From positions 122,388,001 through 122,452,000 of the forward strand of contig OZ024744.1 in NCBI GenBank assembly GCA_964016885.1: a stretch of 64,000 nt of DNA. Direction: 5' to 3'. Made by a program: the position numbers and the translations under genes. Each line of letters begins with the position of its first letter. Position 1 is the stretch's first letter. The DNA is from Eledone cirrhosa. Its lineage: Eukaryota. This document shows, piece after piece, positions 17,401 through 31,900 of the stretch. Below the pieces are notes generated by a model. The model worked only from the letters and a program-made list of their open reading frames with translations, was not told where the DNA came from and searched no databases.

Positions 17401-17985
17401 ATCACATTTCCAAAACCAATCCACTTGAAACAAGTCTTCACAATCACATTCCCACAACGAATCCACATGAACCAAGTCTTCACAATCACATTCTAACAAC
17501 CAATCCACTTGAAACAAGTCTTCACAATCACATTCCCACAACCAACCAATCCACTTGAAACAAGTCTTCACAATCAAATTCCCACAACCAATCCCCCTGA
17601 GACAAGTCTTCACAATCACATTCACACAGCCAATCTACTTGAAACAAGTCTTCACAATCACATTACCACAACCAATCCACTTGAAACGAGTCTTCACAAT
17701 CACATTCCCACAACCAATCTACTTGAAACAAGTCGTCACAATCACATTCCAACAACCAATCCACTTGAAACAAGTCTTCACAATCACAACCAATCCACTT
17801 GAAACAAGTCTTCACAATCACACAACCAACCAATCCACTTGAAACAAGTCTTCACAATCACATTCCCACAACCAATCCACTTGAAACAAGTCTTCACAAT
17901 CACATTCCCAGAAGCAATCCGCTTGAAACAAGTCTTCACAATCACATTCCCACAACCAACCAAACAGCTTGAAACAAGTCTTCAC
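11497..17985. repeat. About 3.1-3.3-kb tandem higher-order duplication inside the 42-bp satellite
   Basis: The marker CATCACCACA is at 11521 and 14865 (+3344). ORF pairs 13000/16336 (+3336) and 14383/17509 (+3126) match. The first copy has an extra 210-bp (5-monomer) duplication, with TTGGGGCAAG at 13921 and 14131. Confidence 0.9.
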
Positions 17986-20900
17986 GATCACATTCCCACA
18001 ACCACTCTACTTGAGACAAGTCTTCACAATCACATTCCCACAAACAACTCTCCACAATCACATTCCCACAATCAATCCACTTGAAACAAGTCGTCACAAT
18101 CATTTCCCCCACAACCAATCCACTTGAAACAAGTCTTCACAATCACATTCCCACAACCAATCTATTTGAGACAAGTCTTCACAATCACATTCCCACAACC
18201 AATCCACTTGAGACAAGTCTTCACAATCAGATTCCCACAACCAATCTACTTGAAACAAGTCTTCACAATCACATTCCCACAACCCACTTGAAACAAGTCT
18301 TCACAATCACATTCCCACAACCAATCTATTTGAAACAAGTCTCCTCAATCACATTCCCACAACCAACCCACATGAAACAAGTCTTCACAATCAATCCACT
18401 TGAGACAAGTCTTCACAATCACATTCCCACAACCAATCCACTTGAAACAAGTCTTCACAATCACACTCCCACAACCAATCTACTTGAGACAAGTCTTCAC
18501 AATCACATTCCCACTTGAAACATGTCTTCACAATCACATTCCCACAATCAATCCATTTGAAACAAGTCTTCATAATCACATTCCCACAACCAATCTACTT
18601 GAGACATGTCTTCACAATCACATTCCCACAACCAATCTACTTGAGACAAGTCTTCACAATCACATTCAAACAATCAATCCATTTGAAACAAGTCTTCATA
18701 ATCACATTCCCACAACCAATCTACTTGAGGCAAGTCTTCACAATCACATTCAAACAACCAATCCACTTGAAACAAGTCTTCACAATCGCATTCCCACAAC
18801 CAATCCACTAGAGACAAGTCTTCACAATCACATTCCCACAACCAATCCACTTGAAACAAGTCTTCACAATCACATTCCCACAACCAACCAATCTACTTGA
18901 GACAAGCCTTCACAATCACATTCCCACAACCAATCTACTCGAAACAAGTCTTCACAATCACATTCCCACAATCAATCCTCTTGTAACAAGTCGTCACAAT
19001 CACATTCCCACAATCAATCCACTTGAAACAAGTCTTCACAATCACATTCCCACAACCAATCTACTTGAGACAAGTCTTCACAATCACATTCCCACAACCA
19101 ATCAACCCACTTGAAACCAGTCTTCACAATCACATTCCCACAACCAATCCACTTGAAAGTATTCACAATCACATTCCCACAACCAATCCACTTGAAATGG
19201 GTTTTCACAATCACATTCCCACAACCAATCCACTTGAAACAAGTATTCACAATCACATTCCCACAACCAATCCACTTGAAACAAGTCTTCACAATCACAT
19301 TCCCACAACTAATCCACTTGAACCAAGTCTTCACAATCACATTCCAACAACCAATCCACTTGAAACAAGTCTTCACAATCACATTCCCACAACCAACCAA
19401 TCCACTTGAAACAAGTCTTCACAATCACATTCCCACAACCAATCCACTTGAACCAAGTCTTCACAATCACATTCCAACAACCAATCCACTTGAAACAAGT
19501 CTTCACAATCACATTCCCACAACCAACCAATCCACTTGAAACAAGTCTTCACAATCACATTCCCACAACTAATCCACTTGAAACAAGCCTTCACAATCAC
19601 ATTCCCACAACCAATCCACTTGAACCAAGTCTTCACAATCACATTCCCACAACCAATCCACTTGAGACAAGTCTTCACAATCACATTCCCACAACCAATC
19701 CACTTGAAACAAGTCTTCACAATCACATTCCCACAACCAACGAATCCACTTGAAACAAGTCTTCACAATCACATTCCCACAACCAACCAACCCACTTGAA
19801 ACAAGTCTTCACAATCACATTCTCACAACAAATCAATCCACTTGAACCAAGTCATCACAATCACATCCCACATCCAACCCACTTGAGACAAGTCTTCACA
19901 ATCACATTCCCACAACCAATCCACTTGAAACAAGTCTTCACAATCGCATTCCCAAACCAATCAATCCACTTGAACCAAGTCTTCACAATCACATTCCCAC
20001 AATCAATCCACCTGAAACAAGTCTTCACAATCACATTCCCACAACCAACCAATCCACTTGAAACAAGTCTTCACAATCACATTCCCACAACTAATCCACT
20101 TGAGACAAGTCTTCACAATCACATTCAAACAACCAATCCACATGAAACAAGTCTTCACAATCACATTCCCACAACCAATCCACTTGAAACAAGTCTTCAC
20201 AATCTCATTCCCACAACCAACCAATCCACTTGAAACAAGTCTTCACAATCACATTCCCACAACCAATCCACTTGAAACAAGTCTTCACAATCACATTCCC
20301 ACAACCAATCTACTTGAGACAAGTCTTCACAATCACATTCAAACAACCAATCCACTTGAAACAAGTCTTCACAATCACATTCCCACAACCAATCCACTTG
20401 AGACAAGTCTTCAAATCACATTCCCACAACCAATCTACTTGAAACAAGTCTTCACAATCACATTCCCACAACCAATCCACTTGAGACAAGCCTTCACAAT
20501 CACATTCCCACAACCAATCTACTTGAGACAAGTCTTCACAATCACATTCCCACAACCAATCTATTTGAAACAAGTCTTCACAATCACATCCCACAACCAA
20601 CCCACTTGAGACAAGTCTTCACAATCACATTCCCACAACCAACCCACATGAAACAAGTCTTCACAATTAACCCACTTGAAACAAGTCTTCACAATCACAT
20701 TACCATAATCAATCCACTTGAAACAAGTCTTCAGAATCACATTCCGACAACCAATCCACTTGAACCAAGTCTTCACAATCACATTCCCACAACCAATCCA
20801 CTTGAAACAAGTCTTCACAATCACATTCCCACAACCAATCCACTTGAAACAAGTCTTCACAATCACATTCCCACAACCCATCTATTTGAAACAAGTCTTC

Positions 20901-23900
20901 ACAATCACATTCCCACAACCAATCAACCCACTTGAAACAAGTCATCACAATCACATTCCCACAACCAATCAATCCACTTGAACCAAGTCATCACAATCAC
21001 ATCCCACCCACTTGAGACAAGTCTTCACAATCACATTCCCACAACCAATCCACTTGAAACAAGTCTTCACAATCGCATTCCCAAACCAATCAATCCACTT
21101 GAACCTAGTCTTCACAATCACATTCCCACAATCAATCCACTTGAAACAAGTCTTCACAATCACATTCCCACAACCAACCAATCCACTTGAAACAAGTCTC
21201 CACAATCACATTCCCACAACCAATTTACTTGAGACAAGTCTTCACAATCACATTCCCACAACCAATCTACTTGAAACAAGTCGTCACAATCACATTTCCA
21301 CAACCAATCTACTTGAAACAAGTCTTCACAATCACATTCCCAAAACCAATCCACTTTAAACAAGTCTTCACAATCACATTCCCACAACGAATCCACATGA
21401 ACCAAGTCTTCACAATCACATTCTAACAACCAATCCACTTGAAACAAGTCTTCACAATTACATTCCCACAACCAACCAATCCACTTGAAACAAGTCTTCA
21501 CGATCAAATTCCCACAACCAATCCCCCTGAGACAAGTCTTCACAATCACATTCCGACAACCAATCTACTTGAAACAAGTCTTCACAATCACATTACCACA
21601 ACCAATCCACTTGAAACAAGTCTTCACAATCACATTCCCACAACCAATCTACTTGAAACAAGTCGTCACAATCACATTCCAACAACCAATCCACTTGAAA
21701 CAAGTCTTCACAATCACATTCCCACAACCAATCCACTTGAAACAAGTCTTCACAATCACATTCCCACAACCAACCAATCCACTTGAAACAAGTCTTCACA
21801 ATCACATTCCCACAACCAATCCACTTGAGACAAGTCTTCACAATCACATTCCCACAACCAATCTACTTGAGACAAGTCTTCACAATCACATTCCCACAAC
21901 CAATCCACTTGAAACAAGTCTTCACAATCACATTCCCACAAGCAATCCGCTTGAAACAAGTCTTCACAATCACATTCCCACAACCAACCAAACAACTTGA
22001 AACAAGTCTTCACAATCACATTCCCACAACCAATCCACTTGAGACAAGTCTTCACAATCACATTCCCACAACCAATCTACTTGAGACAAGTCTTCACAAT
22101 CACATTCCCACAACCAATCCACTTGAAACAAGTCTTCACAATCACATTCCCACAAGCAATCCGCTTGAAACAAGTCTTCACAATCACATTCCCACAACCA
22201 ACCAAACAACTTGAAACAAGTCTTCACAATCACATTCCCACAAACAACTCTCCACAATCACATTCCCACAATCAATCCACTTGAAACAAGTCGTCACAAT
22301 CATTTTCCCCACAACCAATCTACTTGAAACAAGTCTTCACAATCACATTCCCACAACCAATCTATTTGAGACAAGTCCTCACAATCACATTCCCACAACC
22401 AATCCACTTGAGACAAGTCTTCACAATCACATTTCCACAACCAATCTACTTGAAACAAGTCTTCACAATCACATTCCCACAACCAATCAACCCACTTGAA
22501 ACAAGTCTTCACAAACACATTCCCACAACCAATCTATTTGAAACAAGTCTCCTCAATCACATTCCCACAACCAACCCACATGAAACAAGTCTTCACAATC
22601 AATCCACTTGAGACAAGTCTTCACAATCACATTCCCACAACCCATCTATTTGAAACAAGTCTTCACAATCACACTCCCACAACCAATCTACTTGAGACAA
22701 GTCTTCACAATCACATTCCCACAATCAATCCATTTGAAACAAGTCTTCATAATCACATTCCCACAACCAATCTACTTGAGACATGTCTTCACAATCACAT
22801 TCCCACAACCAATCTACTTGAGACAAGTCTTCACAATCACATTCAAACAACCAATCCATTTGAAACAAGTCTTCATAATCACATTCCCACAACCAATCTA
22901 CTTGAGGCAAGTCTTCACAATTAGATTCCCACAACCAATCTACTTGAGACAAGTCTTCACAATTAGATTCTCACAACCAATCTACTCGAAACAAGTCTTC
23001 ACAATCACATTCCCACAACCAATCCTCTTGTAACAAGTCGTCACAATCACATTCCCACAATCAATACACTTGAAACAAGTCTTCACAATCACATTCCCAC
23101 AACCAATCTACTTGAGACAAGTCTTCACAATCACATTCCCACAACCAATCAACCCACTTGAAACCAGTCTTCACAATCACATTCCCACAACCAATCCACT
23201 TGAAAGTATTCACAATCACATTCCCACAACCAATCCACTTGAAACAAGTCTTCACAATCACATTCCCACAACCAATCCACCTGAAACAAGTCTTCACAAC
23301 CACATTCCCACAACCAATCTACTTGAGACAAGTCTTCACAATCACATTCCCACAACCAATCTACTTGAGACAAGTCTTCACAATCACATTACCACAACCA
23401 ATCTACTTGAAACAAGTCTTAACAATCACATTCCCACAACCAATCCACTTGAAACAAGTCTTCACAATCACATTCCCACAACCAACCAATCCACTTGAAA
23501 CACGTCTTCACAATCACATTCCCACAACTAATCCACTTGAACCAAGTCTTCACAATCAATTTCCAACAACCAATCCACTTGAAACAAGTCTTCACAATCA
23601 CATTCCCACAACCAATCAATCCACTTGAACCAAGTCATCACAATCACATCCCACATCCAACCCACTTGAGACAAGTCTTCACAATCACATTCCCACAACC
23701 AATCCACTTGAAACAAGTCTTCACAATCGCATTCCCAAACCAATCAATCCACTTGAACCAAGTCTTCACAATCACATTCCCACAATCAATCCACTTGAAA
23801 CAACTCTTCACAATCACATTCCCACAACCAACCAATCCACTTGAAACAAGTCTTCACAATCACATTCCCACAACTAATCCACTTGAGACAAGTCTTCACA

Positions 23901-25999
23901 ATCACATTCAAACAACCAATCCACATGAAACAAGTCTTCACAATCACATTCCCACAACCAATCCACTTGAAACAAGTCTTCACAATCTCATTCCCACAAC
24001 CAACCAATCCACTTGAAACAAGTCTTCACAATCACATTCCCACAATCAATCCACTTGAAACAACTCTTCACAATCACATTCCCACAACCAACCAATCCAC
24101 TTGAAACAAGTCTTCACAATCACATTACCACAACCAATCCACTTGAGACAAGTCTTCAAATCACATTCCCACAACCAATCTACTTGAAACAAGTCTTCAC
24201 AATCACATTCCCACAACCAATCCACTTGAGATAAGCCTTCACAATCACATTCCCACAACCAATCTACTTGAGACAAGTCTTCACAATCACATTCCCACAA
24301 CCAATCTATTTGAAACAAGTCTTCACAATCACATCCCACAACCAACCCACTTGAGACAAGTCTTCACAATCACATTCCCACAACAAACCCACATGAAACA
24401 AGTCTTCACAATTAACCCACTTGAAACAAGTCTTCACAATCACATTACCATAATCAATCCACTTGAAACAAGTCTTCAGAATCACATTCCGACAACCAAG
24501 TCTTCACAATCACATTCCCACAACCAATCCACTTGAAACAAGTCTTCACAATCACATTCCCACAACCAATCCACTTGAACCAAGTCTTCACAATCACATT
24601 CCCACAACCAATCCACTTGAGACAAGTCTTCACAATCACATTCCCACAACCAATCCACTTGAAACAAGTCTTCACAATCACATTCCCACAACCAACGAAT
24701 CCACTTGAAACAAGTCTTCACAATCACATTCCCACAACCAATCACCCACTTGAAACAAGTCTTCACAATCACATTCCCACAACCAATCAATCCACTTGAA
24801 CCAAGTCATCACAATCACATCCAACCCACTTGAAACAAGTCTTCACAATCACATTCCCACAACCAATCCACTTGAAACAAGTCTTCACAATCGCATTCCC
24901 AAACCAATCAATCCACTTGAACCAAGTCTTCACAATCACATTCCCACAATCAATCCACTTGAAACAAGTCTTCACAATCACATTCCCACAACCAACCAAT
25001 CCACTTGAAACAAGTCTTCACAATCACATTCCCACAACTAATCTACTTGAAACAAGTCGTCACAATCACATTTCCATAACCAATCTACTTGAAACAAGTC
25101 TTCACAATCACATTCCCAAAACCAATCCACTTGAAACAAGTCTTCACAATCACATTCCGACAACGAATCCACATGAACCAAGTCTTCACAATCACATTCT
25201 AACAACCAATCCACTTGAAACAAGTCTTCACAATTACATTCCCACAACCAACCCACTTGAAACAAGTCTTCACAATCACATTCCCACAACCAATCCACTT
25301 GAAACAAGTCTTCACAATCACATTCCCACAACCAATCCACTTGAAACAAGTCTTCACAATCACATTCCCACAACCAATCTACTTGAGACAAGTCTTCACA
25401 ATCACATTCAAACAACCAATCCACTTGAAACAAGTCTTCACAATCACATTCCCACAACAAATCCACTTGAGACAAGTCTTCAAATCATATTCCCACAACC
25501 AATCTACTTGAAACAAGTCTTCACAATCACATTCCCACAACCAATCCACTTGAGACAAGCCTTCACAATCACATTCCCACAACCAATCTACTTGAGACAA
25601 GTCTTCACAATCACATTCCCACAACCAATCCACTTGAACCAAGTCTTCACAATCACATTCCCACAACCAATCCACTTGAAACAAGTCTTCACAATCACAT
25701 TCCCACAACCAATCTACTTGGGGCAAGTCTTCACAATCACATTCCCACAACCAATTTACTTGAGACAAGTCTTCACAATCACATTCCCACAATCAATCTA
25801 CTTGAAACAAGTCGTCACAATCACATTTCCACAACCAATCCACTTGAAACAAGTCTTCACAATCACATTCCCAAAACCAATCCACTTGAAACAAGTCTTC
25901 ACAATCACATTCCCACAACGAATCCACATGAACCAAGTCTTCACAATCACATTCTAACAACCAATCCACTTGAAATAAGTCTTCACAATCACATTCCCA

Positions 26000-28900
26000 C
26001 AACCAACCAATCCACTTGAAACAAGTCTTCGCAATCACATTCCCACAACTAATCTACTTGAACCAAGTCTTCACAATCACATTCCAACAACCAATCCACT
26101 TGAAACAAGTCTTCACAATCACATTCCCACAACCAACCAATCCACTTGAAACAAGTCTTCACAATCACATTCCCACAACCAATCCACTTGAACCAAGTCT
26201 TCACAATTACATTCCAACAACCAATCCACTTGAAACAAGTCTTCACAATCACATTCCCACAACCAACCAATCCACTTGAAACAAGTCTTCACAATCACAT
26301 TCCCACAACCAATCCACTTGAACCAGGTCTTCACAATCACATTCCCACAACCAATCCACTTGAGACAAGTCTTCACAATCACATTCCCACAACCAATCCA
26401 CTTGAAACAAGTCTTCACAATCACATTCCCACAACCAACGAATCCACTTGAAACAAGTCTTCACAATCACATTCCCACAACCAATCAACCCACTTGAAAC
26501 AAGTCTTCACAATCACATTCCCACAACCAATCAATCCACTTGAACCAAGTCATCACAATCACATCCCACATCCAACCCACTTGAGACAAGTCTTCACAAT
26601 CACATTCCCACAACCAATCCACTTGAAACAAGTCTTCACAATCGCATTCCCAAACCAATCAATCCACTTGAACCAAGTCTTCACGATCACATTCCCACAA
26701 TCAATCCACTTGAAACATGTCTTCACAATCACATTCCCACAACCAACCAATCCACTTGAAACAAGTCTTCACAATCACATTCCCACAACTAATCCACTTG
26801 AGACAAGTCTTCACAATCACATTCAAACAACCAATCCACATGAAACAAGTCTTCACAATCACATTCCCAGAACCAATCCACTTGAAACAAGTCTTCACAA
26901 TCTCATTCCCACAACCAACCAATCCACTTGAAACAAGTCTTCACAATCACATTCCCACAACCAATCTACTTGAGACAAGTCTTCACAATCACATTCAAAC
27001 AACCAATCCACTTGAAACAAGTCTTCACAATCACATTCCCACAACCAATCCACTTGAGACAAGTCTTCAAATCACATTCCCACAACCAATCTACTTGAAA
27101 CAAGTCTTCACAATCACATTCCCACAACCAATCCACTTGAGACAAGCCTTCACAATCACATTCCCACAACCAATCTACTTGAGACAAGTCTTCACAATCA
27201 CACTCCCACAACCAATCTATTTGAAACAAGTCTTCACAATCACATCCCACAACCAACCCACTTGAGACAAGTCTTCACAATCACATTCCCACAACCAACC
27301 CACATGAAACAAGTCTTCACAATTAACCCACTTGAAACAAGTCTTCACAATCACATTACCATAATCAATCCACTTGAAACAAGTCTTCAGAATCACATTC
27401 CGACAACCAATCCACTTGAACCAAGTCTTCACAATCACATTCCCACAACCAATCCACTTGAAACAAGTCTTCACAATCACATTCCCACAACCAATCCACT
27501 TGAACCAAGTCTTCACAATCACATTCCCACAACCAATCCACTTGAGACAAGTCTTCACAATCACATTCCCACAACCAATCCACTTGAAACAAGTCTTCAC
27601 AATCACATTCCCACAACCCATCTATTTGAAACAAGTCTTCACAATCACATTCCCACAACCAATCAACCCACTTGAAACAAGTCTTCACAATCACATTCCC
27701 ACAACCAATCAATCCACTTGAACCAAGTCATCACAATCACATCCCACATCCAACCCACTTGAGACAAGTCTTCACAATCACATTCCCACAACCAATCCAC
27801 TTGAAACAAGTCTTCACAATCGCATTCCCAAACCAATCAATCCACTTGAACCAAGTCTTCACAATCACATTCCCACAATCAATCCACTTGAAACAAGTCT
27901 TCACAATCACATTCCCACAACCAACCAATCCACTTGAAACAAGTCTTCAAAATCACATTCCCACAACCAATTTACTTGAGACAAGTCTTCACAATCACAT
28001 TCCCACAACCAATCTACTTGAAACAAGTCGTCACAATCACATTTCCACAACCAATCTACTTGAAACAAGTCTTCACAATCACATTCCCAAAACCAATCCA
28101 CTTGAAACAAGTCTTCACAATCACATTCCCACAACGAATCCACATGAACCAAGTCTTCACAATCACATTCTAACAACCAATCCACTTGAAACAAGTCTTC
28201 ACAATTACATTCCCACAACCAACCAATCCACTTGAAACAAGTCTTCACAATCAAATTCCCACAACCAATCCCCCTGAGACAAGTCTTCACAATCACATTC
28301 CGACAACCAATCTACTTGAAACAAGTCTTCACAATCACATTACCACAACCAATCCACTTGAAACAAGTCTTCACAATCACATTCCCACAACCAATCTACT
28401 TGAAACAAGTCGTCACAATCACATTCCAACAACCAATCCACTTGAAACAAGTCTTCACAATCACATTCCCACAACCAATCCACTTGAAACAAGTCTTCAC
28501 AATCACATTCCCACAACCAACCAATCCACTTGAAACAAGTCTCCACAATCACATTCCCACAACCAATCCACTTGAGACAAGTCTTCACAATCACATTCCC
28601 ACAACCAATCTACTTGAGACAAGTCTTCACAATCACATTCCCACAACCAATCCACTTGAAACAAGTCTTCATAATTACATTTCCACAAGGAATCCGCTTG
28701 AAACAAGTCTTCACAATCACATTCCCACAACCAACCAAACAACTTGAAACAAGTCTTCACAATCACATTCCCACAACCACTCTACTTGAGACAAGTCTTC
28801 ACAATCACATTCCCACAAACAACTCTCCACAATCACATTCCCACAATCAATCCACTTGAAACAAGTCGTCACAATCATTTTCCCCACAACCAATCCACTT

Positions 28901-31900
28901 GAAACAAGTCTTCACAATCACATTCCCACAACCAATCTATTTGAGACAAGTCTTCACAATCACATTCCCACAACCAATCCACTTGAGACAAGTTTTCACA
29001 ATCACATTCCCACAACCAATCTACTTGAAACAAGTCTTCACAATCACATTCCCACAACCAATCAACCCACTTGAAACAAGTCTTCACAATCACATTCCCA
29101 CAACCAATCTATTTGAAACAAGTCTCCTCAATCACATTCCCACAACCAACCCACATGAAACAAGTCTTCACAATCAATCCACTTGAGACAAGTCTTCACA
29201 ATCACATTCCCACAACCCATCTATTTGAAACAAGTCTTCACAATCACACTCCCACAACCAATCTACTTGAGACAAGTCTTCACAATCACATTCCCACTTG
29301 AAACAAGTCTTCACAATCACATTCCCACAATCAATCCATTTGAAACAAGTCTTCATAATCACATTCCCACAACCAATCTACTTGAGACATGTCTTCACAA
29401 TCACATTCCCACAACCAATCTACTTGAGACAAGTCTTCACAATCACATTCAAACAACCAATCCATTTGAAACAAGTCTTCATAATCACATTCCCACAACC
29501 AATCTACTTGAGGCAAGTCTTCACAATTAGATTCCCACAACCAATCTACTTGAGACAAGTCTTCACAATCACATTCTCACAACCAATCCACTTGAAACAA
29601 GTCTTCACAATCACATTCCCACAACCAATCTACTTGAGACAAGTCTTCACAATTAGATTCTCACAACCAATCTACTCGAAACAAGTCTTCACAATCACAT
29701 TCCCACAATCAATCCTCTTGTAACAAGTCGCACAATCACATTCCCACAATCAATCCACTTGAAACAAGTCTTCACAATCACATTCCCACAACCAATCTAC
29801 TTGAGACAAGTCTTCACAGTCACATTCCCACAACCAATCAACCCACTTGAAACCAGTCTTCACAATCACATTCCCACAACCAATCCACTTGAAACAAGTC
29901 TTCACAATCACATTCCCACAACCAATCCACCTGAAACAAGTCTTCACAACCACATTCCCACAACCAATCCACTTGAAACAAGTCTTCACAATCACATTCC
30001 CACAACCAATCTACTTGAGACAAGTCTTCACAATCACATTCCCACAACCAATCTACTTGAGACAAGTCTTCACAATCACATTACCACAACCAATCTACTT
30101 GAAACAAGTCTTAACAATCACATTCCCACAACCAATCCACTTGAAACAAGTCTTCACAATCACATTCCCACAACCAACCAATCCACTTGAAACACGTCTT
30201 CACAATCACATTCCCACAACTAATCCACTTGAACCAAGTCTTCACAATCACATTCCAACAACCAATCCACTTGAAACAAGTCTTCACAATCACATTCCCA
30301 CAACCAATCAATCCACTTGAACCAAGTCATCACAATCACATCCCACATCCAACCCACTTGAGACAAGTCTTCACAATCACATTTCCACAACCAATCCACT
30401 TGAAACAAGTCTTCACAATCGCATTCCCAAACCAATCAATCCACTTGAACCAAGTCTTCACAATCACATTCCCACAATCAATCCACTTGAAACAACTCTT
30501 CACAATCACATTCCCACAACCAACCAATCCACTTGAAACAAGTCTTCACAATCACATTCCCACAACTAATCCACTTGAGACAAGTCTTCACAATCACATT
30601 CAAACAACCAATCCACATGAAACAAGTCTTCACAATCACATTCCCACAACCAATCCACTTGAAACAAGTCTTCACAATCTCATTCCCACAACCAACCCAC
30701 TTGAAACAAGTCTTCACAATCACATTCCCACAACCAATCCACTTGAAACAAGTCTTCACAATCACATTCCCACAACCAATCTACTTGAGACAAGTCTTCA
30801 CAATCACATTCCCACAACCAATCCACTTGAGACAAGCCTTCACAATCACATTCCCACAACCAATCTACTTGAGACAAGTCTTCACAATCACATTCCCACA
30901 ACCAATCTATTTGAAGCAAGACTTCACAATCACATCCCACAACCAACCCACTTGAGACAAGTCTTCACAATCACATTCCCACAACCAACCCACATGAAAC
31001 AAGTCTTCACAATTAACCCACTTGAAACAAGTCTTCACAATCACATTACCATAATCAATCCACTTGAAACAAGTCTTCACAATCTCATTCCCACAACCAA
31101 CCCACTTGAAACAAGTCTTCACAATCACATTACCACAAACAATCCACTTGAAACAAGTCTTCACAATCACATTCCCACAACCAATCTACTTGAAACAAGT
31201 CGTCACAATCACATTCCAACAACCAATCCACTTGAAACAAGTCTTCACAATCACATTCCCACAACCAATCCACTTGAAACAAGTCTTCACAATCACATTC
31301 CCACAACCAACCAATCCACTTGAAACAAGTCTTCACAATCACATTCCCACAACCAATCCACTTGAGACAAGTCTTCACAATCACATTCCCACAACCAATC
31401 TACTTGAGACAAGTCTTCACAATCACATTCCCACAACCAATCCACTTGAAACAAGTCTTCACAATCACATTCCCACAAGCAATCCGCTTGAAACAAGTCT
31501 TCACAATCACATTCCCACAAGCAATCCGCTTGAAACAAGTCTTCACAATCACATTCCCACAACCACTCTACTTGAGACAAGTCTTCACAATCACATTCCC
31601 ACAAACAACTCTCCACAATCACATTCCCACAATCAATCCACTTGAAACAAGTCGTCACAATCATTTTCCCCACAACCAATCCACTTGAAACAAGTCTTCA
31701 CAATCACATTCCCACAACCAATCTATTTGAGACAAGTCTTCACAATCACATTCCCACAACCAATCCACTTGAGACAAGTCTTCACAATCACATTCCCACA
31801 ACCAATCTACTTGAAACAAGTCTTCACAATCACATTCCCACAACCAATCAACCCACTTGAAACAAGTCTTCACAATCACATTCCCACAACCAATCTATTT

